The notes below the pieces were generated by a model, which saw only the letters and a program-made list of their open reading frames with translations, did not search any database and was not told the origin of the DNA. A DNA stretch of 56,082 nucleotides. Source: an uncultured Enterovirga sp. (GTDB taxonomy: Bacteria; Pseudomonadota; Alphaproteobacteria; Rhizobiales; Beijerinckiaceae). Positions 46,701 through 47,385 of the stretch are shown here, piece after piece. Location: positions 7,532 to 63,613 of the forward strand of contig CAXUHE010000002.1 of NCBI GenBank assembly GCA_964250725.1. The letters are read 5' to 3'. Positions within the stretch are counted from its first letter, which is position 1. Every line of letters begins with the position of its first letter. The position numbers were made by a program, and so were the translations under genes.

Positions 46701-46900
46701 GCTCCTTGCTCGGGCTCATGCTGCTGCCCGGTGTCGCGATGTCGATACGCCCGGGTCGATCGACCAAGAGCCCACGCACCGGGTCCTGGCAGCGGAACTT
46801 CGTCCTGCCGCAAGAGCCGCAAGAGGACGAACCGCACCCCAACGAGGGTATTGAGCTCAGACACTCGCAGGCGACCGGGAGCGGCGATGGACCGTCATAA
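13784..46900 (+). CDS. Giant (11,038 aa) LEPR-XLL-leader multidomain secreted/surface protein (adhesin or toxin-like)
   Basis: Single uninterrupted 33.1 kb ORF. FETLEQRLLLSGD at aa 61-73, followed by PPC-like, LamG, CARDB, He_PIG/cadherin-like, YD, dockerin-like, Ig-like, beta-propeller, HEXXH and cohesin-like segments. Confidence 0.93.
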   Translation: MTFEHGFGAGRFGRSRSRRRPSRTYDAKRPQVSLPGRPEWLSEGGSLRGSLVGSVSQRVLFETLEQRLLLSGDLNPIKGSIDVPGEVDHYAITLTEPKRVYFDALNGGDGSTTNVNWSLSTSTGETVVSDRSFASGDYVYYNAAPPTAELASGDYTLTVHGVGNTTGAYQFRLLDLAAAQSVTTGSDIVDSLDPGSRANSYKFDAAAGEHVFFDLKTGDRYDASVRLLDPDGGLVFGSNLSDHDVQNLSKSGTYTLLVEGNVNSTDVAPYTFRVSKVVDPAPVALGIGGAGAPESVAQSGAIGAPGETERYTFTTTAANRYLFDPHGSDGRIRWSILDAKGHVLEDRRQFTDDDNSLYDLAPGTYTIAITADGDVTGPYAFRLSQVTAAPATALTLGGQQTGTLDAADESHIYRLTAQAGDVLTFKRDDLSNGTATWRLLDPDGRDVFRTYLYDQTVTIKQSGDYTLLVGGYRYGADPATFAFTLTAGTPVVPPTYTGSLAAFDTPFSGTLAARGDTADYVFTLDHAARVYVDPIPSAYTGLGYRLDGPDGTVIDTTSIYYDVGRAADLAPGTYRLRVQGYYDETGDYRFALHDAASAPTLLVGQATTGQLNPANSTATFTFSGKAGDRLKFDVSQDNYYAGYLTLLDPCGGSVFSVNYSDRTATLPLDGVYTLYLGGFATSTGGSFDYSFTASKVVDTSRTVTIGQRIDAPASQTSQVDRYSLDLSHQTDVYFDTLSEQVGYSHVRQIFDADGRPVTGEDYLGSDVGQTPVSLAAGHYTVAVTNRSASASAYSFRLIDARAAETFALDVPTTVHLDPANSTKIYAFAAKAGDRFFFDAQSQTPDNSANWRLIDPRGNTVFYENVSTDVDDRTLTVTGLYRLLVEGFGSGTGTADFALQVSRSVDTAKPLTLDARTDGAIAKPGARDVYSFTLTDPTSVMFDSLVGNDYNLVWSLVGPNGAEISGRSFSQQDYEAYPGGDSGSRPVLMLGSGTYTLTIDGRGDHTTPYSFRLLNIAGAKPITIGSVVTDQETDEGASRARMEVAGAPVPGYPVASDNRALRFGQTYVDVPDSASLKPATALSVEAWVYRDPSNGDFGTVLMKSSNSSWQDGYGLAELRDNKVGFFVNSWDGHNVTADIPDNQWVHLAGTYDGSTLKIYVDGVLKNSADYVAAVNNSNADFRIGSGAGGGYLWQGAIDDVRVWNRALSAQEVAADRNRGLSGAEAGLVALYHLDGTGAAVADASPSHNDGTILPYAPAIETKLYSFVGTAGQSLFVDMQRSDFGGQKRLIDPDGLLISQTYVSDDVGPFRLPKTGTYTLAIDGYNSNGPGAGLTFRLVSPTTITTAITLDAPAQVGPFSVPGQVGTAIDLTGSEYAAVPAGPATNLTGDVTLDVWIKPGNSQAEWSPVVIKSNNSDGGQRSYALWFNSGGFVQWSTADASGEEYLRSPGGSVPFGQWTHIAGTIDRTTDKLRLYINGVETGSIDLRDAPPVDTSASPLEIGRTLGGPDGYWRPFEGSIDDLRLYSVVRSPAQIQDDMAGRSPIGQPGLALYLPMNDATSATTLGDLGPHHADATLTSRDRTLTGTVTGRLDQPGDTREYTFTLAQSGRYVFDSLTNRGDLHWTLTRADGDVAANRRSFDSQDWSDYSGDGGTTPILDLGPGSYTLTIGGDRDATGYFAFRLYDLASAATVQLGDHVTGQLPAGNGSLAYTFTATAGTVVTFDAGDHSGGDIVWRLIDRTQGRPFQQGFGDVANVNLYAGGTYTLIIDGVSANPLPVDFDFTITPQPPVAPAGFTGTALAFGETIEGSIDGANQQDDFVFSLSDFTRLRFDSLTNDGNITWSLDGPLGTVVDHRPLSYNDWDGAYSPLLGGYVSRADLVPGQYRLRVSADSPQGAYRFRLLDVAASPVLTFGTTMSDTLDPGNETKLYQFTADAGTRVFFDVSSANPYDGNYRLYDSRFNEVFANYLTDRDVVTLHDGGTYTIAFEGATSASRVNPYSLTVYKVADTTTAITAGEQVDGQVTSPGQRNLYTFDVTQPARYVFDGLSNQGSLSWSVTGPDGSVIDPRNITDDVGAPVIDLKPGRYTVAIDGSGDFTGSYSFRLLDLAAATPITLGTAISDQLSPADQTKLYRFDAQVGDRVAFDAGAGQYGFSWRLINPLGQQLFNTGFSDVDARTITVAGTYTLVLEGYSNRADTAPFTFNAVPTASVAPVRISSLEARPTPDLVVANLTVAGSPLIESGALITVSWDDRNQGVRPTNGSFTDRVVVRNAAGEIVSTATLPYDEAASDNGPIPPTGSRGRSVQIRLPTGSRGAGALTVSVSTDVFNTIAEESLDSQAESNNGASLTVTSTLATYPDLVVDELQVSPPNGWTPGSTVTISWSLANRGDKAVETPFDEQIAVRNTSTGQIVKLATIAYDTSATGLGPLAASATRPRQYQLTWPSDLSSAGSFVFAVTTDATSKIAEGNAQGDAEANNGAQVSIDSAPDLAIENLAVTGPLESGRTLTIAWRDRNAGLASTPGGWSDSVTVYNRTTGETVLSTTLPYNAGDAGNGAIAAGGYRDRSLAFRVPDGLRGTGDLVVTVSVDSSSSFAEITAHGSAYGARDNNSASTTVTTTLRNAADLATTLTSVPPTGRGGDPLTVTWSVRNVGTAGTDVAGWTDRVILSRDAIIGNADDIVLASVTHAGALAARAGYTGTAGFTLPLKLDGPYSLSVVSDVGDLVNEPDTRANNAATPAAIQLTSPAADLAVEAVVAPESARTDDVISVAWRVRNRGDATTDVASWSDLVVLSSDTTIDDSDVVVARIDHVGAIAGQDSYTGGAEFRVPSELLGTYHVLVRSDVDARVYQRGQTANDVGVSISPLTIALAPAADLTASAVSSIGDGVAGESRTVSWTVGNVGDATARGPWTDRVYLTTNGTLTGAVLVAAVDRAGDLSAGGRYTVSATFALPDIADGTYKVIVVADAYAAVAERGRTANNSAVSTGTSALTHPNLVIAAVTTPGTATSGNAAHIGWTVRNDGSGPATGPWTDSVYLSRDGTISGDDIKVGDFLHAGGLAASARYTESTDFALPVSAEGDYQVLVLSDATNTVREVSGEGADNFGAAALSVVLAPYADLSVGDVTAPELTIRDPARITVGWTVTNVGSGAGTTDRWTDTVILSANGVDTVLGQFEHVGALAPTAHYSDTRDFTLPPGYTGHATVKVVTDREGRVFEHGATANNTASPGHLVDIMPIPYADLIVPTQSVDATGQSGRAIKVGWTIRNDGIGQTNTSAWTDTVVLSRDAAGADVVTTYDFQHIGVLAAGGSYTRDTSITIPDGLSGTFYVSVRTGGPFEFIHTDNNRSAAKPVTITVSPSPDLQVTAASTLATALEGDFIDVAWTVANTGQADAVGRWVDTVALVPLDTTKPGIIVGSFASDRTLVAGQSYSRTERFQLPAKIEGAYRLTITTNASASLYEYGAAAANGTFADPDPLVVGLKPRPDLQVQNIVATPRVTAGGTVSVAYTILNQGTVATDQPNWTDNVYLSLDNKLSADDILIGSFDNLSALGASGSGTDSYRNTTNSAVVPIRFGGDAYVIVSADATSRLDEYPNENNNIGSQKITIDPVAKPDLVTSGVVAPAQAVYGSEIEVRFTVANKGVHDTYESSWTDTVWLARDARRPNTSPYHAPDEGVDFADKGNSAVLLGTVTHTGVLNLGDSYQVTLKVRIPDDVASGVYYVTPWSDAYDTVLEDTLAININPDDPNEFDNDNYKGRRIDILGAPPVPKPDLTVTNVAATQVVRAGQDQLTVDWTVANRGAGNADAGVSFNQRIVLSDKPTLDAAGATTWLLGVVQHDGGLPLGASDNASRTFDLPPSATGKYVFVIADADNVVAESSETNDTGSATTSVTASAADLQVTSVKANGPASSGEATSVTWTVVNKGDDVWTGTHYWTDSVWISPDPTFDPNRAARLALVTHSNAVPLKAGQSYSTTADVVLPPGIGGDYYLYVVTDTDELYGTAPKQETTNGDIGGARGIYASSVYEGANGLNNYGSGTVAVTYAEPNLTVTNLTVPGTMPASGDLVTLTWTTKNTGTRATRTDTWSDQVFLSRDGSLDSQDVLLDTFAHSGALDANGFYTVTRQVRLPDGISGVFHLLVATDSDVGANGYVSSDIAPELPGIGGERTIGPQIAGVPVSTGDVAEYLNEGDNLASADLTVSAAASADLRVTTVGVPQHLLSGQFFDVTYTVANAGSGATPDRQGAWTDLVYLSRDQNLDTASDIYLGSFDHTGGLASGAHYDGGGSFRIGQNLTGSYYVIVASDLARSARGRGAVYEGSNEQNNTTASLQPIIVDRPPPADLTVGDVRATGGTETGAPVHVTWTVTEAADQPAEGQWTDAVYLSSDNTWDLSDTLIGRVTHTGVLAKGQSYTGTLDAAMPPVAEGQYRIIVRPDIRNEVYEGANGEANNFATSQGTLYVSVPDLQLGVPLDTTLSKGESKLFKVTIEEGETLKVALTSGVGGANELYLRYDATPSGYQYDAIYADPLRANQTAVIPSTKPGIYYILIHGQNEPMAGTPVTLTATVVPFSITAVKPDQGGDSRYVTVEIDGARFDPSAIVKLSRPGFAEFEPVNYRIVDSTRIVAIFDLTGAQHGLYDVEVINPDGATVVAPYRYLVETALPTDVTVGLGGPRVVPAGDAGNYGLSLVSLTNIDTPYVFFDFGIPELGTNDKVLDLPFVTLTSNVRGTPDGTSGTDVPWASLDSAVNTGGEVLAPGYAFDVAAGSTVQASFNVQTYAILKALIDRNFDVVREYLYATDADLKATGGLDGGYASLKDTRYDAIYQIFAHPNLPVVDSENGLINPLFIPFQFNIAAAATALTRAEFVALQTSEALKLRDRVLADKDASAALQVLAADKDAWTRGYLAALEEAGLLRADGTAPPVRLDPKVVSLVGTLSMGLLLGPAGAQVISSGDLLAFFSRVKSWYGDTPGAKAPLARYDVRVDQRTGEIYDVPVAALPLASSFDLGLSHTTYFQTFNVFSPWIDGSSGTGSLPDYGSDATNGLYQSLDLSAYLAGGAASGTVATMTGPQGYGGANFVPAGQALPYRVNFQNPAGAASSPGEIRIVTQLDPALDPQTFRLGGLKIGDITVNIPDGRAVFQGDFDFTRSKGFVLRVSAGIDAATGTATWLLQAIDPESGEVIDNPALGLLPPNTTAGAGQGYVSYSVKPALDTATGNVITAKARVLFNTLAPEDTTAVTAMLDAAAPRTTVTVTPLADSKTDYRVAWTATDDAGGSGVANVTVYVSDNGGDYTIWLSKTTQGASVYTGTAGHNYTFLALATDRAGNHEQPPVAIAATASPDINLGDLPVVDTTPQDVKDAPAPTATGAANPLFAEAVKGIPAAAPLSHASDFAGVLSPFTLQSFATGITVSQGGLGVLAMVVNPDGSIIASAGPTRGWLYRVPAGGGVLDEPFARLDQPIYDLAYDKQGQLWGATGGGALVDIDPSTGAVLASFGDSLTQAIAVDPSSGLIYVSSGDGIETFDPISHTFRHFSNVRVDDLAFSPSGKLWATSWPDRGSVLTFDAKGRATRTVSVDAPVDSLAFGRDGTAFAGLLFLSENADPATGGRSQLLVVDLATMVTLPVAGGGSWGENLTLSADGRLLISQSGEIDVLSPLVAPKVLGTNPADSAVLPVPLGVITVTFDHDMLATNETDAGSVLNPDNYALFGSNGAPVAIESIQYDAASRTVDVHFASISADVYNLRVSSNLQSDQGLKLTEGVDTTFTALFDFSAIVSIAFQSTRSDRADGTISYDVTVTNTGTDDLRAPLSLVLDPSQYFDGTPIGAASGPGGVWLIDLSAALGVDGVLKAGESTLASTVTVSIPTGEKVALGHGIYALPYPNTPPVIDSSAVDDATAGTAYTYQIAAHDPDGTVLGYVLLDAPTGMTVDPSTGLITWAPSATSPVSANVVARVYDRRGGYAQQAFSIAVAGGNSAPDVAATQAAYTLTEGTPFTLALNAADADGQALIYFADHLPAGAAFNPATKTLTWTPDYDQSGTYDDVRLSVSDGTETVTRSFTLIVQQAAAAPVLKPVADRTLIEGVPVAFTVHADSPDGSKLSYFSDTLPPGAILDPATGLFTWIPGYTQAGVFVVPFSVTDGTWISSTSATLTVLNDNGAPVFSQIGSWEGLEGQRLSFDTFALDPDNPLYELPYRAADRSLVSLDTVAPATVTYSVSGLPEGATYDPDTALFSWIPTYAQAGDYVVRFTASDTGDGTGRPATSVVDVPIRITNVNRLPELAPIANLTVQRDTQSVVPVRVTDPDGNPVRLSATLTRAAAADQTNIDVAPIALGATGGFATFVDRGDGTAALTFAPDGLDRGNYTVTISAEDDGDGGRSPVGTASTSFVLTVAAASVAPRLDVIGDKVALVGQPLSFTVQARDLDQDALTLTAEDLPAGATFVDGPVYGTKIVTWTPGSADRGSHEVTFRVHDDGNGGAGTVGSDASTMRIVVRDTNAAPILLPVGNRSVDEGSTLTLVLKAVDPDGDPVTYSVSNLPQGATFEARTGTLSFTPNAFQQGRYDGIVLTASDGQATSSETISITVNNVNRAPVVAAMYPQLGREGELLSFTIRAGDPDGDPVVYAAQSALPSGARFNSATGIFSWTPGYAQAGDYIVRFAAIDPSSAAGTTDVVLRIANVDRAPVLDVSNQAAVPGQEVAFRVTATDPDTSDVLTYGFKGLPEGATYDGSTGQVRWVPGPGQIGDYLVKVTVSDGTISTTAPFLIRSTLTPVTPSIVIELTPSFPVVPGQQVLIHVAAGGFIDVASLSLTVDGQPVALDAFGRARVTPNAPGTMTLTAEAIDVDGHVGRTTALIKVRDPADTTAPVVVLAGGLNGARLTDATAIVGTVDDVNLDVWTLEIARLGTDTYASVASGRATLSGILATIDPRLYENGFYQLRLTATDLSGQRSRTTTTFEVDTAAKLGQYTRQDTDFTAVLDGHVVALTRAYDSLRADVPGQFGDGWTVPWRDMRIETDVLQKASRTDGFREGTRLYLTLPTGERVGFTFHGVEHKIAGLTEYEPTFVADGTSGWTLSLDRTALVRAAGRYYDLSTATPYDPTLQAGTPFRLTGPDGTTYLLDGRGETGRIAYTDGVVLSVSDSGIYAADGEAITFVAGRHGVELAFAPNGDGYAYLYDPAGRLLSVRDLVTATSLGYGYGAGGRLGIVSDSRLDVAGAIVGYASTPTTTTLTAALGAAQAAFTVPHDGVLAAGSIDTYSFAVRPSELAGEAGGALLVALSVEARDASGFVPALPGIDGLVPVSTRLVDGRAFAIYRITMPGLYVARVVGAQAGAYRLDMFALGDTDRDGKVDGTDAANLSAALGTRAGQPGYVRGADANLDGVIDASDRQELFQNYGFAVNRAPVVGTRTMLTHEDLAVTVPLASLVADPEGDDVFLRIASTSHGTARLAGDGTSVVFTPDAGYTGQAGFTVVADDEYASSAPVFESVDVSAARLIAIAFGSRQPRLGIGGRQMVSLVGDFEDQTGVTLPTSYVSLTSTNPGSADVIDGVLVAKASGYGALVATRAGATAATAFLVGTPPDYGDQAIAISGTSVYPGAVSLSSDGGTRQIDLFTDPTDVATNVAAAADGTRYYVSDSAIVEVTPDGLIVAKAPGEAVVTVIYKMTEALVPVKVTVPQIGPTALTRDGGVVRSADGYQVAMAPGALTRNATVSITSLTESQLPIPSLPEESGWTFGAAFDLDTGGVPFTQPAQLAIPTVLAAGTEVRFYRYSELPQEDGSIIPVWLEVESGVVDANGIARTQSPPYHGADDGGKYLVTGINRAKLGTVAGTINLDGAGSNHGVIATVYHLAAEAGAFVASIVDSFLRFTMLSPALSQTFKVFEVRPDGGVSATTAGLDVKAGVVNDFRATLFTKGVQEADSTRPVVASAAVRFLNSKTGAESVPDKSDPDAPGDPDIVPTIVLKGSHFEPKKVGNIPDEGELDEDHLWVVFGEGIGNDNTATAKELLDAIKAKEKAASDAHTSPLADDGIIQLTNAVATRVFKRVVETDGTETLYAKIPTTVAIGTVSIRVAQINHVYGDLGDQEEVADASVSTGNGPGGVLLLKSRMSAAEKIDVTGESTFVASSPAPFRQPDGTTVYSDQVAVLTIVNDNVPTLTARIPVGELRADGFPKPGSSTYPDKVAVTPDNARAYVTLRTAGAVALVDTIALRQVDVDPKKAGSNVIKLAPGAAPSAIIIDPSGNYAIVGDYAQGTLYVIDINLNHTTGTKPTYNTVVRTIQLEGGQGIRDFAITPDGKQLVVTRSTGGTSHSASGSIEIYDLVDFSRPPKDGTALHKALGLASVNGLTLREPYGVQAVVGPDGKSYIVFTDRKSDAVGVAMLVKSGKTWGVYQNVPYKLPENSINDINDAFEVNDAADIVIPSDGNYAYVLSYNRYEYGITDRDPNMTPLDPAGGNLAVIRNLFKPVANTDGARVVAATRMIPESWGQGFELTPGDQTILVSSTGNKFVLAYDVNALKLELNQDLKNDGTRSLLGRIPIDDFLNGLQLQTSMNANRVGINAAIDVRADYAGYINRNVLEFSPTNESSPNRPIALGGQPHGMDTQNVFLQLEAPGTVTDDKTPTFTWKFGVEAQDAKLFISTFPPGSGLFPTDLTDGDPTRGYRVTDKNLSDAELAELDTILYADANRNRILAKQILKPTDGSLEESFELPPNLVLTRGQTYWWGVEVTKNGRTYRESRSFTVAPATATTGFSGVTVITTSEQSVLTSNNPRYQSENRPDVLIAEEIAQKSGGAAFILDPNATRVDDMWKPLLDDQPQTVASALAAHRSLVLVTNWKYDATITDSGFDEAAGDAFFAAMVELDQKLGGTRSSAGAILSSPLQFIGIGRGASVNSELNERLQNYLPNPERDVQFTTLDPHDFAQETLNIPLSSILEAGSLAIGLIPPLAPIAVIAAAITGTVGQTVLSLTLYDKIQYGDFGDPRVQLWKGTTFADNYYQETAQEKDSVPKSLVPVVGSLLNFTFTQDGRSLNVGTLQASDDRHYKYSSDDGKANLDLSLTGRPGFIEDDTIFRAGLTGGINTPGVRLQHWYTGTVDLTAREVPSLDAYKASYDPLQLVPDRIWRLISDKDWDTARPESTLSTFVRLSRYTPPGIAANVPWYVAGEVSNTNPTGGKEAVSTFNPRTFGTTTEGIGEGWAYTILGTDGAARANLPPLDPSGSNRVDIPSGDVPLLFNGDFQSTTRPVLGRFGGSIPHPTFEVAGWSLQGGSGGFSQGLPFFGYAGFDVTGERISNWLNEVGLRGFLGGSFNEVVDFLKGFLGNVKDGIKNGFDHSKANGDVSAGVLPLVKAIGSAFVSAFKVAEADFPAAAQKFYDAIAQAKANKLTVFTKAVEGAALKSFAKSAGISILADFAASFIATIQEKLVDWSQAIPEGGSLVHNRSYLPKDVDHISFDIQMNQPYDDAKLQVFFDGENGSPPTQLGSTITLNANVTKYTRYSVDIPEALRGTAGKLSFKFLGSDKGRAADEARANANSDDGSVTLARYAYIDNIGVDVIKITDSSYKDNDQVVFLTSGLHPGLFGVEGDVGSGTSALTNGEVKDGYNQATITITNTTGSATKIALSVDANSFLVVEVKGQVYALNDGKTTSIAKEFDLAAGEALSVTVRSSIPKSFFDSLTTGSDMLLSTNLNVTEIGKSATHKQSVQVVFLADIADDSTLDGTLRIADTQEGTTRTLQIINNAGLDITADGTNGYSHRTSKVGNDSVLDIDFKAPLISDTTLLTLKANTKTVAQNIFGTRFDVQLNGNKIGSIDVASRSIRTQGINTALDKLQGSVGTLLGQIAGAGGQRVDGTYQLQQLFAGTTPSTAEWRDVLSGIRQTLTSIYPGALPGNGTTTLSLKLGDVVGSTVTYDTATKSSAAAGTAVLDFDPLNFAKLLLTGADAGVGAGAQLRTDLTPAQKLFRLDQVMNGTADPQYSEITIYLQRLIQDLAVASPHFTRTELGSAIGWVIAHEYAHNLGLLDESQDGMLYGLSHSFLSDELNTATYALQLQLIGLALNDPKAAEPTTAEGVNALLDLVLRLVKADAVNSNQLLRDAPEGGVSTLPEEADGVIGTTEDAPADSSTARFMARAALVPSAPALGNGDFSIADPASIDFGWQFVGNAGIVGGELALGEGAQTVNRAVQTFAVPTTAGALRFTVRGLHLGSDGTAPPDAFEVALIGSDGASLAGAIGLGNTDAALNIQSGGSVTRAANVSVVVAGTGFTTYEIALPTGVLGRSASLYFDLLGFGRADSSVDIDDVAFVAAGSVDHAPVSTADTATTRSGEAVVIRVLDNDVDPDADALLPVVTAAPAHGDASVNADGSITYLPRSGFVGTDAFSYRASDGRLLGEPVSVTVVVGEPAQSSQAAPTVVSFIPTASGFVVRFSAPVDPETVNVVNDRSGALGPSDVALVGEHAGVIAGSIVLDRDGLGFSFVRTDGMLADDTYDVRLASGPAAFHGLTGIALDGDGDGAAGGDFLRSFSFQAAGPAVSVGDLVAPPGGAITDRQGRTSLPVSLTSVGGVRTVVFTLAYDPALLTVTGVAAGTSLGAGSEVEFATTIANGQATTRVAVTSATALPAGMLDLVRLTSRVPETAAYGASQVVTLAVVSINGLAVDGPVGRAIEVVAQRGDANGDGFVTEVDRALTTSIAGSSGIGYQAWRLLDPAVLSAPNPGSAGETPVGDGPGAGSIGGSGSPGSPSSPGDPGSTRTQSGSDTGAPTSGTQASGTGSDGESEGTGSGGTTSSSSTATVAVSADDNSPRVADAGLTEPPSDLGSRNGDLTVDASGQPITGPARAAATVAFGLQIGAPLQASTADTGIGTTPFTLPQFSPATIVSGADIVVTTSSVANYSPLRGVVISGSGHRVRTGAVNPEAATPTGRDDDPSAAPPDAAPDAMQPPADLPPKTDDPAIQIDLKTPAQPDRRPTGPTVAGPPNAPLAPSAPSTPERRTDLMRNPTVDPPKTDRSLLGLMLLPGVAMSIRPGRSTKSPRTGSWQRNFVLPQEPQEDEPHPNEGIELRHSQATGSGDGPS
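13964..14002 (+). other. LEPR-XLL (Planctomycete-extracellular-type) N-terminal motif
   Basis: FETLEQRLLLSGD after an Arg-rich N-terminus (GRSRSRRRPSR). No hydrophobic Sec signal h-region is present. Confidence 0.85.
14003..20400 (+). repeat. 16 PPC-like beta-sandwich repeats (8 alternating A/B pairs) with two LamG domains inserted
   Basis: Type A: GxIxxPGxxDxYxFxL...FD...W...GxYxL. Type B: LDPxxxxKxYxFxAxAG...FFD...RLxDPxG...GxYTL. LamG-like segments at about 16950-17535 (SVEAWV...WVHLAGTYDG...GAIDDVRVWN) and about 17860-18510 (TLDVWIKP...WTHIAGT...GSIDDLRLY). Confidence 0.75.
20441..27130 (+). repeat. 17 tandem CARDB-like repeats
   Basis: Each unit is [PA][DN]LxV...VxWxVxNxG...WxDxVxLS...GxY...D...E...NN. 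Starts at about 20441, 20840, 21230, 21635, 22007, 22382, 22742, 23111, 23477, 23837, 24209, 24593, 25064, 25439, 25889, 26366 and 26768. Confidence 0.85.
31376..34030 (+). repeat. 9 tandem He_PIG/cadherin-like putative Ig repeats
   Basis: NxxP...AxDxDGD...LPxGAxFD...WxP...QxGxY...VxD units, repeated nine times. Confidence 0.8.
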
Positions 46901-47005
46901 CGCCGGTAAGCAGATCTGCGTCATAACGATGATAAGGTGTTCCGATCGACATCACGTCGTCCGACGATCGATGCATCGGATCGAAGACGAGGCTCGGAGA
47001 GAACG

Positions 47006-47287
47006 ATGACTACACCAGCAGCGACGGTGAATCAGCCTGAAGTGAAGCTCGATGCGTCCAACTTGAAGAGCTCTTATTGCAATGTCTGCAATGCGACGAG
47101 TACTCGCGAGGAGGTCGTACTGAATTTCGGAGTCAATCAAAATTGGGATCTAGCGCAGGGTGCAGGAGGGATGGACGTCAGTCTCCAACACCGCATCATT
47201 CTCAGCCCGTTCGCCGCCAAACGACTGCTGGACATATTGTCGAAGCTGATGGGCGAGTATGAATCCCGCTTCGGGGAACTGCGTTGA
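47006..47287 (+). CDS. DUF3467-like small protein, 93 aa
   Basis: ATG at 47006 after GGAGAG. SSYCNVCNATSTREEVVLNFG...RIILSPFAAKRL...EYESRFG matches the DUF3467 pattern as I recall it (YxN...E..L.F...RI..SP..AKRL...YE..FG). Confidence 0.8.
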   Translation: MTTPAATVNQPEVKLDASNLKSSYCNVCNATSTREEVVLNFGVNQNWDLAQGAGGMDVSLQHRIILSPFAAKRLLDILSKLMGEYESRFGELR

Positions 47288-47385
47288 CGGCAAGCTGTCG
47301 GCCAGGAGGGCTCGCGATCCACTGACATGATCTGCAAGGCGGACAGGTCCCGTGCGCCCGCGCTCGGAAACTCACGGTAGTGACG

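Noticed and set aside
46940-46980. Imperfect hairpin (TCCGAT...CGTCG-TC-CGACG...ATCGGA) between the giant gene and DUF3467
   Set aside because: It is bulged, has no U-tract and is built from CGATCG-type words common in this genome, so it is not supportable as a terminator.
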